A stretch of 64,000 bases of DNA from Sulfuricurvum sp. (GTDB taxonomy: Bacteria; Campylobacterota; Campylobacteria; Campylobacterales; Sulfurimonadaceae), in contig NZ_JALNYS010000014.1 in NCBI RefSeq assembly GCF_023229695.1, forward strand, positions 20,540 to 84,539, read 5' to 3'. The translations under genes were made by a program, and so were the position numbers. Shown one piece after another: positions 27,940 through 37,511 of the stretch. Each line of letters opens with the position of its first letter. Within the stretch, counting starts at the first letter, position 1. The notes under the pieces are model-generated. The model ran no database searches. It was not told the DNA's origin and saw only the letters and a program-made list of their open reading frames with translations.

Positions 27940-28878
27940 GTGGGTGTTATTGAAGAGGTTTTTTCGATCGAATTGCCGGTAGGGGAACAGTTTCGGATAC
28001 AGCGGTGCCGTTACACCCCCTCTAGCGGTGAGACGGATAAGAGGATTTCGATTGTCAGCGGAATCCATGGAGACGAACTGGAAGGTCAATACGTCTGTTT
28101 TTTGTTGGGAGAGTGGCTTCGGGACAACAGGGAGAAGATTACGGGGACGATTGACATCTATCCGGCGATCAACAGTCTGGGACTTGATAGTATCACCCGT
28201 TCCGTCCCTTTTTATGATGTCGATCTGAATCGGAATTTTCCCGGCAGCAAAAACGATTTTCTCCCGGCACAAATCGCCGATGGGGTGGTAACGGCGATGA
28301 AGGGATCCGAGATTGCCATTGATATCCATTCGAGTAATATTTTTTTACGGGAGATTCCTCAGGTCCGTATCGCAAAATCTCAAGAAGCCGTTTTGGTCCC
28401 TCTGGCCAACAAACTGAATATCGATTTTGTGTGGGTGCATGATGCGGTGACGGTTCTGGAATCGACGTTTGCCCACGCGATGAATATGGAAGGGACCAAA
28501 ACCCTTGTCGTTGAGATGGGTGTCGGGATGCGTCTGAGCAAAATGTACGGTCTTCAACTTTTGGACGGTTTGCTCAATCTAATGGCGTGCGAAGGATTTT
28601 TATCGATAAACCCGTTGGATGTCCGTATGCCGATCCAGTCGCATGTGGGGGAAGTTGCATATCTTAATGCTTCGCAACCCGGACTTTTTGTCTCGGCGAT
28701 CGAGCATTGTCAAATAATCGAGGAAGGTTCGATTGTCGGTCACATCGTCGATCCGCTCAGCGGGGAGAGGCTGGATGAAGTGATCGCTCCGATTGCCGGG
28801 GTCCTTTTTACCCTCAGAGCCTATCCGATTGTGTATGAAGGCTCTTTGGTGGGACGAATTTTTGGAGAAAAACGATGA
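27940..28878 (+). CDS. Succinylglutamate desuccinylase/aspartoacylase (AstE/AspA, M14-like) family deacylase, ligands intact
   Basis: ISIVSGIHGDELEG (HxxE), DLNRNFPG and AIDIHSS (third His). GTG start 7 nt after GAGGAG. Confidence 0.8.
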   Translation: MGVIEEVFSIELPVGEQFRIQRCRYTPSSGETDKRISIVSGIHGDELEGQYVCFLLGEWLRDNREKITGTIDIYPAINSLGLDSITRSVPFYDVDLNRNFPGSKNDFLPAQIADGVVTAMKGSEIAIDIHSSNIFLREIPQVRIAKSQEAVLVPLANKLNIDFVWVHDAVTVLESTFAHAMNMEGTKTLVVEMGVGMRLSKMYGLQLLDGLLNLMACEGFLSINPLDVRMPIQSHVGEVAYLNASQPGLFVSAIEHCQIIEEGSIVGHIVDPLSGERLDEVIAPIAGVLFTLRAYPIVYEGSLVGRIFGEKR

Positions 28879-29807
28879 AACGACTGGAAATACTTGCGCT
28901 TAAATCCCCCAATCGTGCACCGCTTAAAGTCGAAGGATTTGTATTCGGGGACGAAGAGGATGACGCCCCATCGATAGCGATTGTGGGGGCGATGAGCGGC
29001 GATCACATCAATCAGCTCTATGTCGCATCCCGTTTTGTCGATTACCTCCGCCAAAAAGAGGAAGAGGGGAAAATCACGGGAAAAATTCTGGTGATTCCGG
29101 CGGTGAATACCTATGCGTTGAATATGGGAGAAAAGTTTTGGCCTTTGGACAAAACCGATCTGAATATGATGTTTCCCGGCTACAAAGAGGGGGAGACGAC
29201 ACAGAGGATTGCGTCGGCACTTTTTGAAGCACTGCAGGGGTTTGATTATGGGATCATTCTTGAGGGGCGTCGGGATCAGGGGATGTGCATCCCCTATGTA
29301 AAACTGATCAAAAGCGGTTATGAAGATATAGAGGCGGCGAAGGATCTGGGGATGCGCTTTATCCATTACCGCGAGTACAGTCCGATCGAGACGGTGATGC
29401 TTCAGTACAATTGGCAGTTGTGGGAGACCCGGGCCATGTCGCTTGTTTTCGGTAAGAACGGAACCATCGATGCGGTGACGAGCGGTGAAGTGCAGGGGGC
29501 TCTGGTCCGTTTCATGAGCAAGCGGGGGATTCTTAAAAACGGAGTTTTTAACGGATTTTTAAGCAATATTATCGGACCGGAAAACATTACGATCCTGAAA
29601 GCTTCACGTGCCGGGATCTTTGAATCGGTCGTTGCATGCGGCACCCGTGTCCAAAAAGGGGAGAAACTGGGGCGCATCACCGACTCTTTAAGCGGGGAAA
29701 AATTAGAAAAAATTGTTGCCCCGCGCGATGGTGTGGTGACGTGCCAGTATTCCCATCCGCTGATTTTTCAAAATTCGATCGCTTTTAGAATCGCGTCGGT
29801 AGAGTAA
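28875..29807 (+). CDS. AstE/AspA-family paralogue with substituted metal ligands (probable pseudoenzyme)
   Basis: Same architecture as the upstream gene. The corresponding positions read IAIVGAMSGDHINQ (H->S, E->H), DLNMMFPG (R->M) and GIILEGRR (H->E). ATGA overlap with the upstream gene. Confidence 0.75.
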   Translation: MKRLEILALKSPNRAPLKVEGFVFGDEEDDAPSIAIVGAMSGDHINQLYVASRFVDYLRQKEEEGKITGKILVIPAVNTYALNMGEKFWPLDKTDLNMMFPGYKEGETTQRIASALFEALQGFDYGIILEGRRDQGMCIPYVKLIKSGYEDIEAAKDLGMRFIHYREYSPIETVMLQYNWQLWETRAMSLVFGKNGTIDAVTSGEVQGALVRFMSKRGILKNGVFNGFLSNIIGPENITILKASRAGIFESVVACGTRVQKGEKLGRITDSLSGEKLEKIVAPRDGVVTCQYSHPLIFQNSIAFRIASVE

Positions 29808-30251
29808 TCAGCCTAAAATTTTTTTGGCACACTCGTTGATCCGTTTACCGTCCGCCTGAGCTCCGAGCGCTTTGGAGGCGGCACCCATCACTTTTCCTAT
29901 CTCTTTCATTGAGCTTGCACCCACTTCGGCAATAATGGCCCGGATGGCGGATTCAAGCTCTTCGTCGGAGAGCTGTGTCGGGAGGTAGGTTTCAAAAATA
30001 GCCGCTTCCGAAGCCTCTTTGTCATACAAATCTTCACGCCCCGCATCGCGGTACTGCACCATGGCATCGTTGCGCTGTTTCACCTGTTTTTGGATAATCT
30101 TGATCACATCGTCGTCGCTAAGCTCTTTGCGCTCATCCACTTCGACCTGTTTCATCGCACTGCTGAGAAGTCGAAGGGCATCGCGTTTTTCGACATTTTT
30201 CTCTTTCATAGCGGTTTTGATATCGTCGTTAATCTGTTCTCGTAATGTCAT
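29808..30251 (-). CDS. GatB/YqeY domain protein
   Basis: MTLREQINDDIKTAMKEKNVEKRDALRLL...VKQRNDAMVQYRDAGREDLYDKE...MKEIGKVMG. Confidence 0.85.
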   Translation of the reverse strand: MTLREQINDDIKTAMKEKNVEKRDALRLLSSAMKQVEVDERKELSDDDVIKIIQKQVKQRNDAMVQYRDAGREDLYDKEASEAAIFETYLPTQLSDEELESAIRAIIAEVGASSMKEIGKVMGAASKALGAQADGKRINECAKKILG

Positions 30252-30261
30252 AAGTATCCTT

Positions 30262-30278
30262 TGGAACTATTTTTGCTT
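30262..30278 (+). promoter_or_regulatory. Sigma54 (RpoN) -24/-12 promoter upstream of flgH
   Basis: TGGAACtatttTTGCTT. The GG (30263-64) and GC (30275-76) have canonical 12-nt register, matching the TGGCAC-N5-TTGCW / Campylobacter GGAAC-N-TTGCTT consensus. Lies ~36 nt upstream of the flgH ATG. Confidence 0.6.
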
Positions 30279-30313
30279 TATTATAGCTAAATTACGATTC
30301 GGATGGGAAAACA

Positions 30314-31030
30314 ATGCGCGTACACCTCTATCTTTCGATACTGTCGGCTTCGTTGCTGCTAAGCGGCTGTACAACACGAACCCTTGATCCCGAAATAAGT
30401 TTTGTCCCCCCTACCTACGTGCAGGAGATGCCGGCACGGGAGGAAGAGAGCAGTTTCGTCTCTCGCGGAAGCCTTTTCGGGCAGGGGGACAGCCCTCTTT
30501 TTTCCGATCATAAGGCAATGCATGTTAACGACATCGTTACGGTGGTGATTTCGGAAACGGCGACAAGTTCGAATAAAGCGAGCAAGGCGCTCAGCGAAAA
30601 CGATAAGCTGGGATTGAACGGAGGAGCCTTTACCTCAGGAGGGCAGAATGCCGCCGTTAATTCAGCGGTGGGATCGCTAAACGGCTTGGCCAATATCGGA
30701 TTTAGTGCAGGTTCGAGCTCCAATTATACCGGTTCGGGTTCCGCAACGAAAAATGCAACGTTTACGACAACGGTATCGGCCCGTATCGTCAAAGTGATGG
30801 CCAACGGGAACTATTTTATCACCGGACGGCGGGAAATTATGGTTGACGATCAAAAACAGGTGATGCAGCTCAGCGGCGTGATCCGCCCCTACGATATCGA
30901 CCAGAACAATCAGATCAATTCCGCAAAAGTTTCCGATGCCAAAATTCTTTATGCCAACCAGGGGGATATTGACCGTTCTGTCAATCAAGGGTGGGGGAGC
31001 AAAATAGTGGGGGCTATCTGGCCGTTTTAA
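30314..31030 (+). CDS. flgH: Flagellar L-ring lipoprotein FlgH
   Basis: Lipobox LLLSGC. SLFGQGDSPLFSDHKAMHVNDIVTVVISE and VMANGNYFITGRREIMVDDQKQVMQLSGVIRPYDI. Confidence 0.92.
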   Translation: MRVHLYLSILSASLLLSGCTTRTLDPEISFVPPTYVQEMPAREEESSFVSRGSLFGQGDSPLFSDHKAMHVNDIVTVVISETATSSNKASKALSENDKLGLNGGAFTSGGQNAAVNSAVGSLNGLANIGFSAGSSSNYTGSGSATKNATFTTTVSARIVKVMANGNYFITGRREIMVDDQKQVMQLSGVIRPYDIDQNNQINSAKVSDAKILYANQGDIDRSVNQGWGSKIVGAIWPF

Positions 31031-31119
31031 GCTTCACTCAATCCATACGGTTACTATGGTATGATAACCTGCTGAATGCTATGAGCAAGCGCAAATAAAG
31101 CGTGAGGAGCGGCAGTACG

Positions 31120-33648
31120 ATGAAATACCCCGAAAATTCGCATTCCAAAATGGCGGAAGAGCTTTATATACTTTTGGAGAGTTCCCCTTTGGGGATAGCG
31201 GTGGACGAAGCGCACAGACGTTTGGCTACATTCGGTCCCAATCGATTAAAAGAGGAGGGGCGATCCCTTTTTGCTATCTTCATCGATCAGTTTAAAAGTC
31301 CGATCGTCGCGATTCTGGTCGCCGCGGCGCTGCTCTCTTTTGGCATGGGACAAATGAACGATAGTCTGATCATCGCCGGAATTTTGGTCGTCAACGGCCT
31401 CCTCGGCTTTTTTCAGGAATACCGGGCAGAAACATCGATCCGCGCCCTTAAAAAACTGACCGAAACCCATACACGAGTCCTTCGAATGGGACTTGAAGCG
31501 AGTATCGCTTCCGATGAAATTGTAGTGGGGGATATTGTCCTCTTAGCCGAAGGGGATTTGATTCCGGCCGATATTCGTCTGATCGAATCGCACGGATTGC
31601 AAGCCGATGAGGCAATTTTGACTGGGGAATCGGTCCCGAGTACCAAACAATCACTTCAGCTCCTTTCCCCCGATGCCCCTGTGTATGAACAGAGCAATCT
31701 CCTTTTTTCCGGAACTCATATTCTTAAAGGTGTGGCTAGAGGGATTGTCACGGCGACCGGAGAACATACCTATCTGGCGACGATTGCCAGAAGCGCACAA
31801 GAACAATCTCCCAATTCTCCTCTGACACGTGCATTGGCCCTTTTCTCCAAACGGCTTATTTTTCTTTTGGTCGGAATGTTACTCCTTATAGGGATAATCG
31901 GAATGGCACAGGGACGCAGCGGTGTCGATATGGCCAGCATATTGATCGCGGAGCTTGTGTCGGCTGTTCCAGAGGGACTTCCGATCGTGGTGACGCTTAT
32001 TTTGGCATTGGGGGCTTACCGCCTCAGCCGCTATAAAGTGCTTGTTCGTCATCTCCCTTCCGTCGAATCTCTGGGAAGCGCCTCGGTAATCGCTACGGAC
32101 AAGACGGGAACAATTACCGAAGGGTTTCTTTCGGTACAAAAAATCGAAACACTCGACGAAGAGGGGTTGCGACGTTGTGCCGCACTCTGCAACGATGCCA
32201 CGATTGAGCAGGGGGATCCGGTCGAAACGGCTCTGGCCCGCTGGATCGGCGATGAGTATTCTGCATTGCGGGAGGCGAATCCCCGTATCTTTTACCATCC
32301 GTTTGATCCGAAACTGCGATTAATGGCCACCGTCAATCAAATCGGCACTCAAGAGTCTCTCTATATCAAAGGGGCGTATGAAGCCCTTGTCGGGCTCTCT
32401 CGAAATTCAATTGAAGAAATAAAGAAGCTGAAAAGTGCGCACGATGCGATGGCGTCAGAGGGCTTGCGGGTATTGGCATTTGGAATCAGTGACGAGAAAT
32501 GGGAAGATCCGGAACAATGGAGTGTTCAAATTGTCGGTTTGATTGGGTTTGCGGACGGTGCAAAAAAGGATGCTGCATTGGCCGTCGCTCAGGCTAAAGA
32601 TGCCGGAATCCGGGTCATGATGATTACGGGAGATAACCCGTTGACGGCAAAAGTGATTGCTAAAGAGGTCGGAATATGGGGTGAAGGGGATACCGTCATT
32701 AGCGGGACCGAAATCGAGGTGATGGGAGATGAAGAGCTTCATAAAGCGCTGATAGGGTGCACGGTGGTTGCACGGGCGCTTCCCGAACATAAATACCGGA
32801 TCGTCAAGATGCTTCAGGAAGAGGGTGAAATTGTTGCGGTGACGGGGGATGGGGTAAATGACGTCCCGGCACTCAAAGCGGCCGATTTGGGGATAGCGAT
32901 GGGGGGAGGGAGCGAGGCGGCGAAATCGACCGCCAAGATGGTGATTACCGACAATAATCTCGGTGTGATCGTCGATGCGATTCGTCAGGGGAGGATCATC
33001 ACCGCCAATTTGCGGAAAGTGATTTTTTATCTTCTCGCTACTTGTTTTGATGAAATCATCGTGATCAGCGGAGCCATTTTCATGGGGCTCCCGCTCCCGA
33101 TCCATCCGACCCAGATTCTCTGGATCAATATCGTCACCGACGGCGTGACCGATAAAACCTTTCCGATGTGCCGGGAGGAGGGAAATGTGATGAAACACCC
33201 CCCAAGACGGCTGGAAAAGCAGTTTTTCGACCGGTGGCAGATGGCGAGGATCGGGTGGGTTTCACTGGTCAACGCTTCGGTGACGCTGAGCGTTTTTTAT
33301 TATCTGCTCTCTAGCGGCCACAGCTATGAGGTTGCCCTGACGGTCTCGTTTTGTACGATCGTCACCTCCCAGTGGGTCAACGGTATCCTCGCCCAAAAAG
33401 AGAACGAACCGTTTCTTCTGAATATCAGACGCAGTTTAACGATCAATCCGGCGATATGGATCGGTATCGGCATCGGAATAACCCTTCAGGGGGTCGCCTT
33501 ATATGCCATACCGGAGTGGTTTCACGCCATCCCTCCGACGCAAGAGATGGTGAAAATAATCGTTGAATCGACGGTAGTGGTGTTTGTCTTGATAGAGAGT
33601 TATAAATGGGGGGAATGGAGTTTGAAAAAGCGGCTCAAAAGAGCTTAG
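31120..33648 (+). CDS. Cation-translocating P-type ATPase (P2-type, Ca2+/Mg2+-like)
   Basis: TGES, ATDKTGTIT (DKTGT), MITGDN and VTGDGVNDVPALK motifs with 10 predicted TM regions. The ATG at 31120 follows GAGGAG. Confidence 0.9.
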   Translation: MKYPENSHSKMAEELYILLESSPLGIAVDEAHRRLATFGPNRLKEEGRSLFAIFIDQFKSPIVAILVAAALLSFGMGQMNDSLIIAGILVVNGLLGFFQEYRAETSIRALKKLTETHTRVLRMGLEASIASDEIVVGDIVLLAEGDLIPADIRLIESHGLQADEAILTGESVPSTKQSLQLLSPDAPVYEQSNLLFSGTHILKGVARGIVTATGEHTYLATIARSAQEQSPNSPLTRALALFSKRLIFLLVGMLLLIGIIGMAQGRSGVDMASILIAELVSAVPEGLPIVVTLILALGAYRLSRYKVLVRHLPSVESLGSASVIATDKTGTITEGFLSVQKIETLDEEGLRRCAALCNDATIEQGDPVETALARWIGDEYSALREANPRIFYHPFDPKLRLMATVNQIGTQESLYIKGAYEALVGLSRNSIEEIKKLKSAHDAMASEGLRVLAFGISDEKWEDPEQWSVQIVGLIGFADGAKKDAALAVAQAKDAGIRVMMITGDNPLTAKVIAKEVGIWGEGDTVISGTEIEVMGDEELHKALIGCTVVARALPEHKYRIVKMLQEEGEIVAVTGDGVNDVPALKAADLGIAMGGGSEAAKSTAKMVITDNNLGVIVDAIRQGRIITANLRKVIFYLLATCFDEIIVISGAIFMGLPLPIHPTQILWINIVTDGVTDKTFPMCREEGNVMKHPPRRLEKQFFDRWQMARIGWVSLVNASVTLSVFYYLLSSGHSYEVALTVSFCTIVTSQWVNGILAQKENEPFLLNIRRSLTINPAIWIGIGIGITLQGVALYAIPEWFHAIPPTQEMVKIIVESTVVVFVLIESYKWGEWSLKKRLKRA

Positions 33649-33655
33649 ACCCGCT

Positions 33656-34867
33656 TTAGCGGATCATCTGCATCGGATCGATATGGGCGTTGCGCTGGGT
33701 TACCTGAAACATCAGTTCCCGTCCGACACGGCCGATGATAGCCCCTTGTTTAATCCGTTTGCCCACCTCTACGGTCGGGGCGATTTTATCCAGGTGGGCA
33801 TAAATCGTGTGCAAGCCGTTGTCGTGTTCGATAATAATGACGTTATCGAGCATCGCGGTCGGTTTGGCCAGAATAACCTTTCCGTTGAGAACCGCTTTGA
33901 CTTTGTCATCGCCGGTCGGTTTGAGGGAGACCGATTCGTTATTGATTCGGATGCCGTAAACCGGATCGGTATAGGGGCCGAACCGTTTGAGAAGAATGTA
34001 TCCGTCGAGCGGCGCAATGGTACGTTCTCCGCTGTAGGCAGAGATTTTGGTCGGTTCATACTCAATTGCGGCTTGTTTTACCTCTTCGTGAACCGGTTTG
34101 GCTCCGGGTTTCGGTGCGACGAGCGGCGGCGGGGCTTTTTTCGGTTTGAGTGCTTCGCGCTTGATAATGTTGAGACTTGCAAGGGTATTTTGGAGTGAAC
34201 GCTGTTGCGAGATGATTTTATCGAGGGACTTTTTATACTCGAGTTTCTCTTTTTCAAGGGTGCTGATCGCTTTTTCATTCTCTTGCTTCGTCACCAAAAC
34301 CTTTTTCTTTTGTTGATCAATAACGGCGATTGATTTTTTGAGCACCGTTGTCTGCGACGCAAGGTTGGCAATTTTATCGGCATTTTCGGTGAAAATGAAG
34401 TTGAGTTCTTTGATCTCCTGTTTGATCTGTTTGAGGTGGAGTTTGAGCGCCTCCTCCGTGATGATCGCCTCGGCCTCTTTTGCCCGGTCGTCGTTGATCA
34501 GCAGAGAGATCGAGGTATTGCGCGCAATGGCGAATACGAGACGCTGCTCAATCTCGTTCTGGGTTTTAATCAGATTATTTTGATGCGTTTCGAGCCCTTT
34601 TAGGGTCATTTTGGTGGATTGGTAGACACTCTCTTTGGATTTGAGTTCATCGACGAGGGAGTTGAGGTGTTCTTGCTGTGCACCGACCAGTTGTTTTTGA
34701 TGCACAATCTTTCCGGCGGTCTCTTCGAGTTTGGCACTCAGTGCCGAATAGGTTTGTTTCGTTTCGTTCAGCTTTAATGCGGTCGTGTGGATCTTCTCAT
34801 CGATTTTTGCCCCGTTTAGGGTACACCCCAAGAGCGAAAGGAGGAGAAGAGAATGGGTAAATTTCAT
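33656..34867 (-). CDS. M23/LytM peptidase with long coiled coil (EnvC-like)
   Basis: Signal/lipobox-like LLLLSLLGC, ~250 aa coiled coil, and C-terminal IIIEHDNGLHTIYAHL (HxxxD...HxH). Confidence 0.85.
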   Translation of the reverse strand: MKFTHSLLLLSLLGCTLNGAKIDEKIHTTALKLNETKQTYSALSAKLEETAGKIVHQKQLVGAQQEHLNSLVDELKSKESVYQSTKMTLKGLETHQNNLIKTQNEIEQRLVFAIARNTSISLLINDDRAKEAEAIITEEALKLHLKQIKQEIKELNFIFTENADKIANLASQTTVLKKSIAVIDQQKKKVLVTKQENEKAISTLEKEKLEYKKSLDKIISQQRSLQNTLASLNIIKREALKPKKAPPPLVAPKPGAKPVHEEVKQAAIEYEPTKISAYSGERTIAPLDGYILLKRFGPYTDPVYGIRINNESVSLKPTGDDKVKAVLNGKVILAKPTAMLDNVIIIEHDNGLHTIYAHLDKIAPTVEVGKRIKQGAIIGRVGRELMFQVTQRNAHIDPMQMIR

Positions 34868-35680
34868 CTATTCCTCTTCTTCATGGCCGATAACGATGGT
34901 GAGGGTCAAGACGATGGCGACTCCCAGTGCGATCAGAAGCGATCGGAGCGAATCGTTGAGAAAATCGAACAGTTTGATCTCAATACCGACCGTATTGAGA
35001 AGCAGATTCATCCAGCCGTACTGATCGATCGCAAAAAAAGTGAGGCATAATAAAACCGTTGCGATCAGCGCATCAACGATTGCGAGACGGAAAAGGACCG
35101 CCGATCGGAGCCATACGGGGGCACCGAAAAGGGCCATGATACTCATCCGCTCCGCGTGCTGAAACTGCCACAAACGCATCTCTTTTAGGATCAGCAATGA
35201 GGTGACGGCGGCGATGGCGATGGAGAAAAGCTGTACGACGTCTTTGAACAGGAGCATCAGCTTATAGACGGTATCGTGGGTTTGGGAGTACCCTTCAATC
35301 CGTTGAATCGCACTGTTACGCTGCAGCCGTTTTTGGAGTTTTCCGATTTCATCGGGAGTCGGAAAACGGGTGAGATAGACACGATAAAACTTGGGGAGGG
35401 TGAGGCGCAAAAGGTCGAGATTCTTTTTGCTCATCTCCCCCTCAAGCCGTTCCAATACCTGATCGACGCTGATGGATTCACTCCGTTCGATCAAGGAATC
35501 CATCGCTTTAAATTCGACGGGGGTGAGGGTTTTGGAAGCAACGACGATAATGGAATAATCGTTTTTCAAACGGGTTTCATACGCGGCAATGGTACGATCA
35601 ACCCCGACATAAATCTGAACCGAAAACAAGACGGTAAAGAGGGCAACAATCAGCGAGATATGGTTTTTAAGCGATTTCAT
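34868..35680 (-). CDS. ftsX: FtsX-like permease
   Basis: Four TM segments with a periplasmic loop. Located between the ftsE-like and envC-like genes and overlaps ftsE. Confidence 0.8.
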   Translation of the reverse strand: MKSLKNHISLIVALFTVLFSVQIYVGVDRTIAAYETRLKNDYSIIVVASKTLTPVEFKAMDSLIERSESISVDQVLERLEGEMSKKNLDLLRLTLPKFYRVYLTRFPTPDEIGKLQKRLQRNSAIQRIEGYSQTHDTVYKLMLLFKDVVQLFSIAIAAVTSLLILKEMRLWQFQHAERMSIMALFGAPVWLRSAVLFRLAIVDALIATVLLCLTFFAIDQYGWMNLLLNTVGIEIKLFDFLNDSLRSLLIALGVAIVLTLTIVIGHEEEE

Positions 35681-36338
35681 GGATAGTTCCCAACTCGATA
35701 TGGAAGTGTTTGAACGGAACGTTCATCTCTTCAGGAATGTGGTGGGTGACAACCACCACCGTTGTCTTGAGCTGCGTATTCGCCCCCTCCAGCAGATTCC
35801 AGATCACCTGGGAGGAGTATTCATCCAGATTTCCGGTCGGTTCATCGGCCAGGATCAGGATCGGGTTATGGGCAAGGGCGCGTGCCATCGCAACACGCTG
35901 CTGCTCTCCTCCGCTCAGTTCCGGGGGGTATTTCCCCGCCTGATGGCCAAGTTTGACATGGGAGAGGAGTTTATCCACCTGCTCACCGCTCACCTCTTTG
36001 GTATATCCGGAGATAATGAGGGGGAGCATGACGTTTTTTTCGATCGTCCACTCTTTGATCAGTTTGTAGTCTTGGAAGACGATACCGATATGACGGCGCA
36101 GGTAATTGAGCTTTGAGGTGCTGATGCGGTTCATTTTAACGCCGCCGACGACGAGTGACCCGGCGCGGGGCTCGATGGCTCCGTAAAACGATTTGAGGAG
36201 TGTCGATTTCCCGCTTCCGCTGGCACCGGTGATAAATACAAAACTTCCCGCATCGATCGAGAAACTCGCTTTGGAGATAATGGACTCAAACTCTTTGTAG
36301 GAGAGGGAGAGGTTTTCGGCAATGATGACTTTATCCAT
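35667..36338 (-). CDS. ftsE: FtsE-like ABC ATPase
   Basis: [26 protein letters not shown] and [12 protein letters not shown]. Confidence 0.88.
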   Translation of the reverse strand: MDKVIIAENLSLSYKEFESIISKASFSIDAGSFVFITGASGSGKSTLLKSFYGAIEPRAGSLVVGGVKMNRISTSKLNYLRRHIGIVFQDYKLIKEWTIEKNVMLPLIISGYTKEVSGEQVDKLLSHVKLGHQAGKYPPELSGGEQQRVAMARALAHNPILILADEPTGNLDEYSSQVIWNLLEGANTQLKTTVVVVTHHIPEEMNVPFKHFHIELGTIHEIA

Positions 36339-37506
36339 GGAGTAACTCGTCTAGTAAGATATGGGCGTTTAGGTTGGCGGAGGAGTGGACGGGATCGGTC
36401 GGATAGTAGCGGGCATCCCCATTGTCGACGATCAGATAGCTGTGCTCGGGGCGATCATAGCTTCCCATCGCCAGACGGACCATCCACCGGTTCTCATCGA
36501 TCGTAAAACGGCGCTCGCAGTGGAGAAAACCCCAGTCGCGTTTGTAGGTCTCGGTTCCGATCCGCTCATACGCATCGGGAGATATCATTTTTGAAGAGAA
36601 GGAGAAATCCCCCTGGATCATCGATTCTAGGCTTTGCTCTTCGCACGTGAAGGTGACGTCATAGATGTTTTTTTCGAGGCGTTTCCATCGGTCTTCGTAT
36701 TTGCTGCTGATGGCGATATCCTGATTTTTTCGGACATCAAAACGGCTTTTTGCCGGGGTGCTGAACGTCTCAAGGGCAAATCGGTAGTAGTTTTCGCTAT
36801 CGGTACGCAGCTCCAGCGTCCCCCCTGCCTTTAAGACCCGATTGGATTCCTCTAAAAAATCATTCGAGATGACCCGACGGTGCGGTTTTTTGTCCCACGG
36901 AACGGGGAAATGGACGTATATTTTACCGACAACGTTGGAGGGGACAAACTCCAAGAAGAGGCGCGCATCGTAATCGATGATCATCAGATTGTTCAATCCC
37001 TGAATGGCGATCTGTTTGAGTGCCTGCTCGATGGAGGGTTTGTGGATCTCCAATCCGATAAAGGTGACGTCGGGATGAGCGGCGGCTTGGTGGAGAAGAT
37101 GGCGGGCGGAGCCAAATCCGATCTCGATTCGCACTTCGCGATCCGCAGGGAAACGGGCCGCAAAATAATCGATTGATTTGAGCGGCGCATGGGTTTTAAG
37201 GTGGGTGTTTTCGGGAGCATTGTCGACATTTGAAGCGATGATTTTCGATCCTGAACACTCGGCATACGCCAAAAGGGCATGCTTAACCAAAAAATTGGGG
37301 GAAGGGCGGGTGATTTTTTCGCTTTTGAGGAGCTCTTTGGCCTCTGTTTTTTTGTGGAGGAGAAAGAAATTTCTCCCTTTGTAGCGGGTAGCGATCAGGG
37401 ACTCTTCTTCGCGATCGCGGTTGTATGCGATAAAGTCGAATTCGACTTCGCCGCATTGGGTAGGAAAGGTGAGGGGGTTAAACGATTCGAGATGTAAATG
37501 CGGCAT
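36331..37506 (-). CDS. trmB: tRNA (guanine-N7)-methyltransferase with long N-terminal extension
   Basis: EIGFGSARHL...FIGLEIH...VHFPVPWDKKPHRRV core. The ~390-aa form is as in Campylobacter/Helicobacter. Confidence 0.85.
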   Translation of the reverse strand: MPHLHLESFNPLTFPTQCGEVEFDFIAYNRDREEESLIATRYKGRNFFLLHKKTEAKELLKSEKITRPSPNFLVKHALLAYAECSGSKIIASNVDNAPENTHLKTHAPLKSIDYFAARFPADREVRIEIGFGSARHLLHQAAAHPDVTFIGLEIHKPSIEQALKQIAIQGLNNLMIIDYDARLFLEFVPSNVVGKIYVHFPVPWDKKPHRRVISNDFLEESNRVLKAGGTLELRTDSENYYRFALETFSTPAKSRFDVRKNQDIAISSKYEDRWKRLEKNIYDVTFTCEEQSLESMIQGDFSFSSKMISPDAYERIGTETYKRDWGFLHCERRFTIDENRWMVRLAMGSYDRPEHSYLIVDNGDARYYPTDPVHSSANLNAHILLDELLHG

Positions 37507-37511
37507 AGGGG

